Below are positions 22,921 through 35,898 of a DNA stretch of 64,000 bases, piece by piece. This DNA is from Scyliorhinus canicula (Eukaryota). Positions within the stretch are counted from its first letter, which is position 1. Each line of letters starts with the position of its first letter. A program made the translations under genes and the position numbers. A model generated the notes under the pieces. That model saw only the letters and a list, made by a program, of their open reading frames with translations. It was not told the origin of the DNA and did not search any database. Location: positions 188,266,593-188,330,592 of the forward strand of contig NC_052149.1 in the NCBI RefSeq assembly GCF_902713615.1. The letters run 5' to 3'.

Positions 22921-24339
22921 GGGGTGCACAGGAAGGGGGGGGGGGGAGCGGGTTGGCCTGGCCAGGTACCAGCTGGCAACAGTGGCGCCCATGCAGCCCA
23001 TGGCACTTGGCTTCAGAGGAGGGTATGGGCAATGATACCCCCACCCCCTGCAGACAGTTATGTTTGGTCATCACCCAGCGATGTTGGCCGCCTTGGCAGG
23101 AGCCGACCTTCTACATGTTGCCCTGTAGGAGCTGGAGCAGGAACATGCCAGGGAGGCAGCAGAGGCTGCCACAGAGGGGCAGGTGGCAGCCGCCCAAGCA
23201 GGAAAACCGCCCGCCCGACAGGATGAGGAGGAGGAGGAGGAGGAGGAGGAGGAGGAGGAGGTGGTGCCATGGCGATGGAGGCGCCCGATGAGACCCCGTG
23301 TGTACCGGCACCGCTCATCGTACCAGGACCTCACAGACCGGGCATGCAGGAGGAGACTCATGTCTGCCATCTCATGGCACACCTGGCACCGCGTAGCACT
23401 GGGGGAAGACACTCTCTCCCGGTGGCCGTCAAGGTTACTGTGGCCCTGAACTTCTACACGGCGGGGTCATTCCAGTCGTCGAGTGGGGACCTGTCCGGCA
23501 TCTCCCAGGCATCGGTGCACAGGTGCATCCGTGCAGTGACTGACGCCCTGTATGACATCGCAGACCGGTATATCCAGTTCCCTGTGGACCTCACCCACCA
23601 GGATGCCCGGGCAACGGGATTCGCTGCCATAGCCAGGATACCCATGGTCCAGGGGGTGATCAATGGGATGCACGTCGCCTTGCAGCTACCATCAGGTAAC
23701 AGGGCTGTGTTCACGAACAGGAAGGGGACCGACTCCATGAATGTTCATGTGGTCTGTGACCACCGGATGAGGATCATGCACCCGGTACCCACGCCGTGTG
23801 CATTGTTTTGTTACCTGTATGGCAGGTAACATGTGCTACTCAATTCAGTTACAGCATACGCTTTCGGAAAAATGCTCAAAGTCGTCCAGAAGTTTTGCAT
23901 AAAGTTTATTGAGTAACACAACTTAAATAACTGCTTGAGCTCTTACATTAAGAACTGTACTAGTAGAAAGATGTGGAGATGCCGGCGTTGGACTGGGGTG
24001 AGCACAGTAAGAAGTCTTACAACACCAGGTTAAAGTCCAACAGGTTTGTTTCAAACACGAGCTTTCGGAGCACGGCTCCTTCTTCAGGTGAATGGAAAGG
24101 CTTGTTCCAGAAATGTTTATATAGACACAGTCAGAGATGCCCGGAATGCGAGCACCTGCAGGCAATCAAATCATCAAAGATGCAGAGAGAGAGGTAACTC
24201 CAGGTTAAAGAGGTGTGAATTGTCCCAAGCCAGTTCAGTCGGTAGGCCTCTGCAAGTCCAGGCTTGTTGGTGGGGGCCGAATGTAATGCGACATGAATCC
24301 CAGATCCCGGTTGAGTCCGCATTCATGCGTGCGGAACTT

Positions 24340-25822
24340 CTGTCGCGACACGACGGACTTCCTACAGAAACTCAGCACCCATGGACCAGTTGAACCAGGA
24401 ACATTCCTCGTCACAATGGATGTCTCGGCACTCTACACCAGCATCCCCCATGACGACGGCATTGCTGCAACAGCCTCAGTCCTCAACACCGACAACTGCC
24501 AATCTCCAGACGCAATTCTGCAACTCATCCGTTTCATTCTAGACCACAACGTCTTCACCTTCGACAACAAATTCTTCATCCAGACGCACGGAACAGCCAT
24601 GGGGACCAAATTTGCACCTCAATATGCCAACATCTTCATGCACAAGTTTGAACAGGACTTCCTCACCACACAGGACTTTCAACCGATGCTATACACCAGA
24701 TACATCGATGACATTTTTTTCCTTTGGACCCACGGCGAGACATCACTGAAACGACTACACGATGACATCAATAAGTTCCATCCCACCATCAAACTCACCA
24801 TGGACTATTCTCCAAATTCAGTTCCATTCTTGGACACACTCGTCTCCATCAAGGACGGTCACCTCAGCACCTCGCTTTACCGCAAGCCCACAGATAATCT
24901 CACAATGCTCCACTTCTCCAGCTTTCACCCGAAACACATTAAAGAAGCCATCCCCTATGGACAAGCCCTCCGTATACACAGGATCTGCTCAGACAAGGAG
25001 GAGCGCAACAGACACCTACAGATGCTGAAAGATGCCCTCGTACGAACGGGATATGGCGCTCGACTCATTGATCGACAGTTCCACCGCGCCACAGCAAAAA
25101 ACCGCACCGACCTCCTCAGAAGACAAACACGGGACACCACTGACAGAGTACCCTTCGTCGTCCAGTACTTTCCTGGGGCGGAGAAACTACGACATCTTCT
25201 TCGCAGCCTCCAACACATCATCAGCGAGGATGGACATCTTGCCAAGGTCATCCCCACACCCCCACTACTGGCCTTCAAACAACCGCGCAACCTCAAACAA
25301 ACCATTGTTTGCAGCAAATTACCCAGCCTTCAGAACAGCAACCACAACACCACAAAACCCTGCCAGGGTAATCTCTGCAAGACATGCCAGATCATCGACA
25401 TGGACACCACCATTACACGTGGAAACACCACCCACCAGGTACGCGGCGCATACTCGTGCGACTCGACCAATGTAGTCTACCTCATACGCTGCAGGAAAGG
25501 ATGTCCCGAAGCGTGGTACATTGGCGAGACCATGCAGACACTGCGACAACGAATAAACGGGCATCGTGCGACTATCAACAGGCAGGACTGTTCCCTTCCA
25601 GTTGGGGAACACTTCAGCAGTCAAGGACATTCAGCCTCTGATCTCCGGGTCAGCATTCTACAAGGAGGCCTTCAGGAGACGCGACAACGCAAAATTGCTG
25701 AGCAAAAACTTATAGCTAAGTTCCGCACGCATGAATGCGGACTCAACCGGGATCTGGGATTCATGTCGCATTACATTCGGCCCCCACCAACAAGCCTGGA
25801 CTTGCAGAGGCCTACCGACTGA
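24340..25822 (+). CDS. Penelope RT plus GIY-YIG endonuclease (N-terminally truncated, otherwise open)
   Basis: MDVSALYTSIP, QTHGTAMG, RYIDD, FLD; GIY-YIG domain VVYLIRC..WYIGET..LRQRINGH..EQKLI..GLN. Confidence 0.94.
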
Positions 25823-25966
25823 ACTGGCTTGGGACAATTCACACCTCTTTAACCTGGAGTTACCTCTCTCTCTGCATCTTTGATGATTTGATTGCCTGCA
25901 GGTGCTCGCATTCCGGGCATCTCTGACTGTGTCTATATAAACATTTCTGGAACAAGCCTTTCCATT

Positions 25967-26001
25967 CACCTGAAGAAGGAGCCGTGCTCCGAAAGCTCGT
26001 G
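25967..26001 (+). ncRNA. Minimal type I hammerhead ribozyme in the Penelope pseudo-LTR (second copy on - at 24056-24090)
   Basis: CAC-CTGAAGA-A-GGAGC(CGT)GCTCC-GAAA-GCTC-GTG: CUGANGA core, stem II, GAAA, short self-complementary stem III, stem I CAC/GTG. Confidence 0.82.
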
Positions 26002-27172
26002 TTTGAAACAAACCTGTTGGACTTTAACCTGGTGTTGTAAGACTTCTTACTAGTAGAAAGGTTACAACTTTTCTATACACTAGAACTAGGCCTGAACACA
26101 CAAGCAGCCCTGAACTATATCGCTGCCTTTGTTCTCCTCACAGTCTAATCAACCAAAGAGCCTTGAGGGCTGCTTGCTTCCCCCTTTATACCCGCCAGTG
26201 CTGCCCCCTAGTGGTCTTTCCATTTCCCATCAGCCCCTTCTGTACATAACTATGTGAAGATCACTACATGCATGACTCTTTCATTGGTACAATGTCGGGG
26301 TGTGGTCGAGAGGGGCTTTGGGCTTCTGAAGATGCGCTTCAGGTGGCTGGACTGCTCTGGAGGGGCCCTCCAGTACACTTCGGAGAGGGTTGGCTGCATC
26401 GTTGTGGTCTGCTGCATCCTGCACAACATAGCCCAGCAGAGGGGCGATGTGCTGGAGGCAGAGGAGGGGGAGGGGAAGCAACACAACAAAGGGCAGGCCT
26501 CCCCAGATGAGGAGGACGGGGGCAATGTACAGGACAGACAGGCTGGACATGGACGGGAGGCTGCCCACCGTTACCAGCTGACCCAGCGGGCACAGGACGG
26601 GCTGATAGCCGCACGGTTCACAGACTTGGGGATTGTGGGAATCGCCGAGTATGGGCACGGACAGCACAGTACGGCACCAGCCCACCATCCTCACCCCACC
26701 CACCCTCACCCCACCCGCATGTACACCACCCCTCCATTGCACATCCACCTGCGGGACAAGGGGCAGACTCACACTGTCACCAGTGGAAGCGGATCTATTG
26801 CATGCCATGGAGGATGATGACGACCCGCTCTGTGATGAGCTCTGGGCTCTACATCGTTGGACAATGTCTGACTCGTGGCCACAGTAAGACCGTCCACCTA
26901 GACCGTCCCTGCATGCGGCCGTGACACTGCAGCGCACGGTCTGCCCGGGGGACTGGCGAGGGCGACCCGGGGAGGAGGGGGCACACTCACCTGAACCTGA
27001 CGTCCTATCACCCCTCACAAACACACTGGCGCTCACCTCACACCCCACCCCTGAATGCATCGGACAGAGCACAGAGGCAGCTTCAGTAGGTGTGAAAGTG
27101 ATTTTAATGGCAAACAGTTCATACACATGCCCTAACCCCTGTAACTAACCTGTGCCCTGCACCCTTGCCAAC

Positions 27173-29110
27173 TTACTCAGTGTCCAATTTTTTTGCCTTA
27201 CTAGGTCTAGATGGTTCCTCAGACGGTACAGTAGAACTGGAGTCGGACTCCTGTGATTCCTGACCTGTGACTAGGGATCCCTTTGGCAGCCTTTTCCTGG
27301 GGTGGCCCGACCTGGATGGGCCAGACTGCAGCTCGGGTGCCCAATGACCCCCGGGCCCTCCATGGGTCGGAGGTGCAAACGGATCCAGCACCCGAGGCAC
27401 CCCGAGCACCTGGCACTGCCAGTCCTGGAGGCCTGTCCTGGTATCAACAAGGGTCTGTATTTTTGCAGCAATAGAGCTCAGGGAGTTGGCCATCCTGATC
27501 TGTGTCTGGGCGACGCCGGCCAGCACCTGGGCAATGGCACCGATGCCCTCAGCAATGGCCTGCTGAAACTGGGCCACGGCCTGCCAGGACTGCGCCATGG
27601 CCTGCTGAGACAGTGCCATGGCGTTGAGCGCCTCTGCGATCTGCAGCTGGCTCTGGCTCATGGCTGCCTGTGAGAGGGCAGCCATGTCCTGGGCCATGGA
27701 TGCTGCCTGCATGAAAGCCCCAGACCTTGCATACTGCTCCCCATGTCTGACACCCTCACACCCATTGCCTCCACTGCGGACGCCACCCGTGCGATGTCGG
27801 CCTAGGTGGCACGCATGATCGGCACCACTCCCTGCTCCTGCACACGGGTGGACTCCTCCACCTGCGTCTGCAGCTGCTGCAAGCCGGCCGTCACCCCCTT
27901 CGATCGTTATTGGGTCCGTGACTGCATCGGGTCTATGGGTGGGTCTGGTAACTCCAGGAACCTGGGACCCATCTGGGCAGCAGATGGTTGCTGGGGCTGG
28001 GCTGCCCTCTAACTGTCCGGCCCCTCGGCTGCTTCGACCTCCACCTGCTGTACCAGGACAGCTGTGTTGTGCGCACCAATGAATGTATCAGAAGCCTCAT
28101 CGCTAAAGTGCCCAACCGAGGTGAGAGTCTCTGAGATGGTGAAGGGTGTCGGAGACAGCAGTGGGTAATGTCGAGGTCCTCATCGGACCCGAAGTCCGGG
28201 GTCCCCTGGGGTGGTGTTTCCTACCCGTCCGTCCCCTGTGTGTGGGTGCCCTGGGTGGTTGTGTCCTGTATGGTTGTGTCCTGTATGTGGATGCCCTGGG
28301 TGGATGTGTCGTGTGTCAGTGTCCTGGGTCGACTGGGATGGGAGCCTGTTGGTGTGGCTGCCCTCCCCGTCGCTGGGTGTGGCCCTCCAGCATCGCCGCA
28401 CTGGCACTAGATGGGGGTGGTGTATGCCTGATGGCCTGGGTCGTTCCCTGTCTTGTGGGTGCCCTGGCACTGGGTGGGGGCGTCATATGCCTGATGGCCT
28501 GGGTCATTCCATGTCCTGTGGGTGCCCTGGCACGTCCTGGGGGCGTTCGGCACCCGCAGGGACAGGTGGGTCGATGTTTGGTCCTGCAGTACACAATATA
28601 GCATGCATGGTTAGACACACAGACGGGGATGAGGGGAAGGAGGGTAGGGAGGAAGGGGAGATGGGGGGGTGAAGGGGTATGGGGAAAGGAGGAATGGAGT
28701 CAAGCAGTGGGGGGTCTCATTTGGTGCTGCGCCCCCGACCTCTGCATTCGCAACCTCCCGGTCCTCGCATGGGTGAGTGCAGCCATGTCGGTTTTAGCTT
28801 GGGCTGTGCCGCCCATTCTTGGGGGGGGGGGGGGGGCACAGGGGGACTGGGGGGAATGGGGGGGTTCTCACCCTGGCTGCCCTGCCCTGACAAGGTCATT
28901 GACCTTCTTGTGGCACTGGATGCCTGTCCTGGCTGTTACGGCCACGGCGCTGACAGCCTCTGCCACCTCCCTCTTCAGGCACCAGCTGAGGTTAGGTGCG
29001 ACCCTGCAGCCGTGTCCGGGGTACAGCGCCACCCCCCTCCGCTCCACTGCGCCCAGGAGCGCCTTGATGTCCCGCTCCTGGAACCTCGGCGATGTGCGGC
29101 GGGCAGCCAT
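27173..29110 (-). pseudogene. Harbinger Myb/SANT-like DNA-binding protein gene, probably two exons (29110-28872 and 28583-~27173), degenerate
   Basis: MAARRTSPRFQERDIKALLGAVERR..LYP..EVAEAVSA..RTGIQCHKKVNDL; GTGAG donor at 28871; CAG acceptor at 28584; Ala/Gln-rich C-terminus. Confidence 0.8.
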
Positions 29111-30534
29111 TTTGCTGAGTCTCCGGCGGTGGCATCTTTTGTGCTGTGACACCGTGTGGCGTCACCGTCAATGACGGCGCGCGTGTCTGTGACAGGTGAC
29201 ACCGTCACGATTGGCGTCACGCCGCTGCTGGCCCCTTCCGGGTCGGAAGTTTCCAGAAGTTTGAGTTGGCCTGACGCCGGAGTGGTTTGCGCCATTCTTG
29301 GCGCCGGCGTCGGGCCATCCCGGGGAATCCCGGCCCTGGTCTCTCAAAAGATTTTCTTAATCTTCTTACTATTCACCCTTCTGCAACAACAGAAGCTAAT
29401 TAATGTAACTTTAAAATAAAATTAGCGCATGACCATCCAAGCTATGGGCATTTTATGAATTTGCCAAAACAAACATTTATACATTGGGTAAGAAAACAAA
29501 CAAAATCAAATTGGCGGTTCAATCGTGGGAGTTTTGAAATTGGGAACTGCACCCGACACCAATTGGCTTCCAATCTAACCGGCCCGCTCCTGTTGGTGAG
29601 ATCCGGATCCCGTGGGGCGTGGCAAGAAACCAATAATCATCAATTAAGACCAATCTCTTGGAAGAACTCGCTATCGAACGGCCTCTTGTGATCTAACTGA
29701 CTCCCCAGTGAGAGGTCACGTGGGCGCAGCTTAGCACCTGTTTAAAAACATGAAGCTGGCAAAATGGCCGTTGTGGGAATTGGAGGAGGTGAGTAGCCAT
29801 CTTCGAAATTGCCACCCCCACCTCCCCAGATCATGTATACCCTTATCAGGGGCAACTTCAGCTTCTGCCTGCCCATCCCACCAAACATCTCCAGGACAGA
29901 GCCCAGTCCTTGGAAATATGGTAAAGGTCACTTTAGCCCCCACTGACCGTGGCAGCACAGCTGAAGTCTAACACTAATAGGAAAGTGGCAATGTTAGTGA
30001 TGTGAGCACTTCACAGCTCCCAAGTGGATTCCCATGGGTACACGTGCCACGTCGCAGGCGGATGTTACTGCCTGGCATCTCAATCACACTGTGAGGCCTA
30101 GACACTGGAGGCATCAACACGGCAGGGGCAGCAGCCAACAATCAAACACCCTTCAGCACTGGGGTCATTCCCATGACCAGAGGGTGGATGGGTGGGTGGA
30201 TCAGGGAGAGAACCTGAACACGGACCAAGTACTGGCGACTGCTGTGTCAGAGGTGTGCGTGCAGGGCTGGGTCCCCCAGCACAACCGCCTCATTGGTTGA
30301 CACCCTCGGAGATGGCTGGGAACGTAAGGGTGGGTGGAAGCCAGAACGGGTTTCTAGTCTCTCACCCTCTCCCAATTCCTGACAAATATAACACGCAATG
30401 GACGATATCTTGGACCTCATGTAATCTGCCCTCGTGATGCTGCTGGCAGGCCCCCATCCGGGGCGAGATTATCTCCCTAGACGCAGCAAAGGCCTTCAGC
30501 AGAGTCGAATGGAAGTGACTCAGAGGTACTGAAG

Positions 30535-31262
30535 CTGTTTGGGCTTTGAACAGGATTCACCGCCTGGGTGAAACCCCTGTACAGCGCTCCCAAGGTGATG
30601 GGGTTGAGGGTGGAGCCATGCCTGAAAGTGGCAGTCTTCAGGGTATTGGACCAGCCAGATCTATTTATGGGGAGGAGGGCAGACGCCCTAGCCTTTGCCT
30701 CCCTAATCGCCTGCCGGAGAATTCTGCTCGGCTGACAATCGGGAGCACCACCCAAAGCTGTGGACTGGCTGGCTGACCTCTCCAAACGGAGAAACTCAAA
30801 TTTACCATCCGGGGATCGGAAGAGGTCTTCCACAAGACGTGGAGATCATTCACAACCAGGTCCAAGACCTGTTTGTAACCAGAGCCAATAAGCCGGGGGA
30901 GGGAGGATACACAGGCACAAACAGAGAGGGGGGGGGGGGGAGAAGGAAGGAGGGAGGGAACAAAGAGGCACATAATCCAACCATACCCCACACAAGCAAC
31001 CTAACACGAAGCAGCATACATAGCACTACGCTACCCCAATAGGTCTCAGTTTGATGAACCAACAAACAAAGAAGATACACCAGCTAGCAAGAAAGAGGAG
31101 GGGGATCTGGTAGAAAGGGGGAGTTAGGATTAGGAGGCCAGGTCAAAGCTGGGTACTTGTAAAATATGTGAATTGTAACCAATGCACATAGTTTCTGTGT
31201 GTGTTCACTTTCATCTTTGTTTTGTATAAAAAGAAAACCCCAATAAAAACATTTTTTAAAAA
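30535..31262 (+). mobile_element. Degenerate L1 3' fragment (ORF2 end and 3' UTR)
   Basis: Homologous to ~36130-36500 (PDLFMGRRADALAFASLIACRRILLG); ends CCAATAAAAACATTTTTTAAA. Confidence 0.8.
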
Positions 31263-31670
31263 TATTGAGAACAACTATGATTGGGATGTTCAAAGATTGG
31301 TTTATCTCTCCATAGATGCTGTTTGACCATAAGACATAGGAGCAGAATTAGGCCACTTGGCCCATCGAGTCTGCTCCGCCATTCAATTGACCTACTGAGT
31401 ATTTCCAGTATTTTCTGTTTTTATTTGGCTTTCCAGTTTCTGCAGTATTTTGCTTTCATATGGAATAGAAGTCTTTCGTTCAAAATGCCAACTACTGGAG
31501 TTTACTTTTTATCCAAGGAATATCTCCCCTTTAATTTGCCAATCTGCCATTATCCTTCGGTTTAAATATTTGTTATTCTTTACTTTTAATTTTTATGTGC
31601 CAGCCTAGTATAATCAGTACAGCAGTAGCCCAGGCTGTCCTCTTCCTTGCCAAAATAATTTCACTTTTTT

Positions 31671-31888
31671 ATAAATTTAGAGTACCCAATTCTTTTTTTT
31701 TCCAATTATGGTGCAATTTAGTGTGGCGAATTCGCCGACCCTGCACATCTTCTTGGCTAATGTGGGGGTGAGATCCACGCAGACATGGGGAGAATGTATA
31801 AACTCCACATGGAATTGGAGCCGGGATTGAAACTGGGTCCTCGGTGCCGTGAGGAAACAGTGCTAACCACTGTGCCACGGTGCCACCC
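31671..31888 (-). mobile_element. HE1-type SINE (short form)
   Basis: Reverse complement of the 18983-19195 family. Confidence 0.82.
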
Positions 31889-32073
31889 CACCAAAATAAA
31901 AATTAAAGATGGAGTTGAGCACAGGCATTGTATTGAATGGTGCTATTTTACAAGTTCCAACATCATTAACTGTGTCAGTTTAGAAATCTAAGGAGTTATT
32001 TTGGCGATGCTGCTCAGCAAGACACTTCCGACAGCACCTTCCAAACCCACAATCTCTACCATCAAGAAAGTTA

Positions 32074-32748
32074 AGGACAGCACGGTAGCACAAGTGATTA
32101 GCACACTGGCTTCACAGCGCCAGGGTCCTAGGTTCAATTCCTTGCTGGGTCACTATCTGTGCGGAGTCTGCACGTTCTCCCTGTGTCTGTGTGGGTTGCC
32201 TCCGAGTGCTCCAGTTTCCTCCCACAGTCCAAAGAAATGAAATAAAATGAAAATCGCTTATTGTCACGAGTAGGCTTCAAATGAAGTTACTGTGAAAAGC
32301 CCCTAGTCGCCACATTCCAGCGCCTGTCCGGGGAGGCTGGTACGGGAATCGAACCGTGCTGCTGGCCTGCTTGGTCTGCTTTCAAAGCCAGCGATTTAGC
32401 CCAGTGTGCTAAACAGCCCCTAAATGAAAATCGCTTATTGTCACGAGTAGGCTTCAATGAAGCTACTGTGAAAAGCCCCTAGTCGCCACATTCCAGCGCC
32501 TGTCCGGGGAGGCTGGTACGGGAATCGAACCGTGCTTGGTCTGCTTTAAAAGCCAGTGATTTAGCCTTGTGAGCTGAACCAGCCCCAGACATGCAGGTTA
32601 GGTGGATTGGCCATGATAAATTGCCCTTCATGACCAAAAAAGGTTAGGAGGGGTTATTGGGTTACGGGGATAGGGTGAAAGTGAGGGCTCAAGTGGGTAG
32701 GTGCAGACTCGATGGGCTGAATGGCCTCCTTCTGCACTGTATGTTCTA
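32074..32748 (+). mobile_element. HE1-type SINE containing a tandem dimer of the second SINE family (32235-32586, minus strand)
   Basis: HE1 core is broken after CCCACAGTCCAAAGA and resumes AGACATGCAGGTTAGG; the insert is two head-to-tail copies of the 2658-2841 family. Confidence 0.85.
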
Positions 32749-33829
32749 TGACAGCAGTTACATGGGAGCATCACCAACTGTAAATTCACCTCCAAGACAC
32801 GCACCACCCTGCATGGGGCGACATCAACATTACTTCATTGAAACTGGGTCAAAATCCTGGAACTCTCTCGCTGTCAGCGCTGTGAATGTACCAACACCGC
32901 ATGATCTACAATGGTTCAATGAACCAGCTCACCACCACGTTCTCCAGGGCATTAAGGAACGGTCAATAAATGTTGGCCCAGCCAGCGACGCCCACATCCC
33001 ATGAAGTAATTTTTTTTCAAATTAAAATGTTTAAACTTATTGGAATACTTAGCATTGAATGAGTTAATTAAATAATTGAACCTTCACTTTTGGGAATTCT
33101 ACAGGGATCAATGAAGAACAATAGATTAAATAGTGAGATCCATAGCTGTAAGGTGGTCAAGAACTTCCCATGAGATTTCCATTTTAAGTATTGTTTCATT
33201 TATATTTTTCCATCATGTCACAATGTAGCTGTGAAAAGGACTAGGTGAATAATTTTGATCTTAATATTATGAGCATTATTCCACATTACAATGATTAGCC
33301 TATGGTCATGAGTAGTATTTCCTGCAGAATTTGGAAGTGATACCAAATACCCAAAATAACCAACCATGAAATGTTACATGCACGCCACCTATTGGATGTC
33401 TTAGAATTAGCATTGGTTAATTCAGTCCAAAACATCAATTGGGAAATGTTAACTGGCAGTAGGTATCTGGAGGAAAGGGAGGACCAGAACAATGTTCCCG
33501 CCCAGTGCATTTGCCTGTTGCGGGTTAGCCGATCATCCTTAGTAACATATGATTGGCAGGCTGTCTGCTCGATGAAATCTGTCATCGGCACATCACCCAC
33601 TTACAGGATAAGATTTCCAGGAAGAATGCAGAAGTTATTTAAAGCATTAACGCACCTTTTAAAGGCACCTTTTTCATTGCTGGCATTGGTCTCTGCCTTG
33701 GCTGAAAATATCACAGTGTGGAAGATGAATCTTAGCAAGTACAACGGTTTTCTGATACATCTGTGAAGCTCCTTGTTGATGTGATAAGGGCAGAGAGATG
33801 TCAAGCATGAAATTGACATCGGTAGCTGT

Positions 33830-34150
33830 CATAGAATCATAGAATCCCTGCAGTGCAGGAGGCCATTCAGCCCATTGAGCCTGCACTGACCCTTTGAACA
33901 ACCATACTACCGAGGCCCAATCCCCCATCCTATTCCTGCAGCTCCACCTAAGGCATAATTTAGCATGGCCAATCCACCTAACCTGCACATCTTTGGACTG
34001 TGGGAGGAAACTGGAGCGCCCGGAGGAAACCCACACAGATATGGGGAGAATGTGCAAACTCCACACAGACAGTTACCCGAGGTCGGAATTGAACCTGGGT
34101 CCCTGGCGCCGTGAGGCAGCGGTGCTAACTACTGTGCCACCATTGCGCCC
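33830..34150 (-). mobile_element. HE1-type SINE
   Basis: Reverse complement of the 3652-3972 family. Confidence 0.83.
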
Positions 34151-35898
34151 AGTAAATAACTTTTTAAAATATGAACTTTATTTAAATGGATATGATATAA
34201 TCAGGATTACGGAGACATGACTGCAGAGTGACCAGGGATGGGAACTGAATGACCAGGGGTACTTAGAATTTAGGAAGGAGAGACAAAAAGGAAAAGGAAA
34301 AGGCTGTGAAGTTGCAGTTCTGATTAAAGAGGAAATTAATAGAATTGTGAGGAAGGATATTAGCTCAGACAATGTGGAATCTGCAGGGGTAGAGCTGAGA
34401 AACACCAAAATAATTTAATGGGTATTGTATATAGACCCCCAAACTGTAGTGGTAATGATGGGAATGGCATTTAGCAGGAAATTAGAGACGCATGCGATAA
34501 AGGAACACCTGTAATTATTAGTATTTTAATATAAATTTAGAGTACCCAATTTTCCTTTTGCAATGAAGGGGCAACTTAGGGTGGCCAATTCACCTACCCT
34601 TGTACATCTTTGGGTTGTGGGGGTGAGACCCACGCAGATACAGAGAGAATGTGCAAACTCCACACAGACATGCTGTCCTTGGAACATCTGTAATTTTGGG
34701 TGATTTTAATCTGCATATAGATTGGATAAATCAAATTAGTTACAATACCGTAGGTGGAGAAATTCCTGGAGTGTATACAGGATGGTTTTCTGCACCAATA
34801 CACTGAGGAACCAACTAGAGGACAGGCCCTCCTACACTGGGCCCTGTGTAATGGGAACAGAATCATTGGCAATCTAGTTGTGCGAGACCCCTTGGGAATG
34901 AGCGACCATAATATGTTAGAATTTTATTTTTAAATTAGAGTACCCAATTCTTTATTTTCCAATTAAGGGGAAATTTAGCACGGCCAATTCACTCACCCTG
35001 CACATCTTTTTCGATTGTGGGGGTGAGACCCACACAAACAAACACGGGGACAATGTACAAACTCCACACGGTCAGTGACCCGGAGCCTAACGCCACATGA
35101 TAGACTTTTAAAATCAAAATGGAGACTGAAGTAGTTAATTCTGAGACCAGAGTCCTGAATTTTAATAAAGGAAAATACGATGATATGAGGCATGAGTTGG
35201 CTATGATCAATTGGGAAACTTTACTTACATTCAAGGAGTACATGGGGGATATGCAACAATTGTGCATTTCTGTCTGGTACAAATGTAAAACGGGAAAGGT
35301 GGCCAATCAATGGCTTACAGAAGGGAAATTAGAGATAATATTCGATCCAAGGAAGAAGCAAACAAATTGGCCAAGAAACATAACAGGTCTAAGGATTGGG
35401 AGCAGTTTAAAATTCAGAAAAGAAGCACCAAGGGATTGACTAAGAAGCGGAAAATAGAATACAGGTGTAAGCTTACAGGGAACATAAAAACTGTAAAAGT
35501 TTCTAAAGGTGGATGAAGAGAAAAAGATTGGTGAAGATAAATGTAGGTCCCTTACAGTTAGAAACAAGGAAATTTATAATGGGGGACAAAGAAATGGCTG
35601 AGTGAATAAATATATACTTTGGTTCTGTCTTCACAAATGAGGACACAATAAGACACCAGAAATGTTGGGGAACTGAAGGAGATCAATATTAGTAGAGAAA
35701 TGGTATAGGGGAAATTGATGGGATTGCAGGCTGATAAATCCCCAGGGTCTGATAATTTACATCCAGAGTACTAAGGAACTGACTCTAGAAATAGTGCATA
35801 TATTGTGGGCCGTCTTCCAGGATTCTACAGACTCTGGAACTGTTCCTACAGATTGGAGGGTAACTAATGTAACTCCACAATTTAAAAAGGGAGGTAGA

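Larger units (their letters stand above)
23971..26051 (+). mobile_element. Penelope-like element, 5'-truncated, with an inverted pseudo-LTR
   Basis: 24006-24339 is the reverse complement of 25718-26051; flanking duplication TACTAGTAGAAAG at 23958-23970 and 26048-26060 (first 4 nt shared with the element end). Confidence 0.95.
23804..26268 (-). mobile_element. Solo LTR (parts 23804-23970 and ~26052-26268) inserted in the transposase and hosting the Penelope
   Basis: TG...CA ends; TSD TGCAT at 23799-23803 and 26269-26273; minus-strand TATAAA and AATAAA. Confidence 0.85.
23081..26630 (+). pseudogene. Harbinger DDE transposase (HARBI1-like), split at 23803/26269 and internally deleted
   Basis: VAVKVTVALNFYTAGSFQ..GDLSGISQASVHRCI; VQGVINGMHV; FTNRKG..SMNVHVVCD; after the insertion HDS, then VVERGFGLLKMRFRWLD..CCILHN. 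Confidence 0.9.
21895..29336. mobile_element. PIF/Harbinger DNA transposon with convergent transposase and Myb/SANT genes, disrupted by nested insertions (left end approximate)
   Basis: HARBI1-like transposase on +, Myb/SANT gene on -; right terminus GGGGAATCCCGGCCC matches the MITE termini elsewhere in the window. Confidence 0.82.

Noticed and set aside
21995-23291. Long Pro/Gly/His-rich ORFs (359, 261 and 228 aa)
   Set aside because: They are open in several frames because the 15-bp GC-rich minisatellite contains no stop codons.
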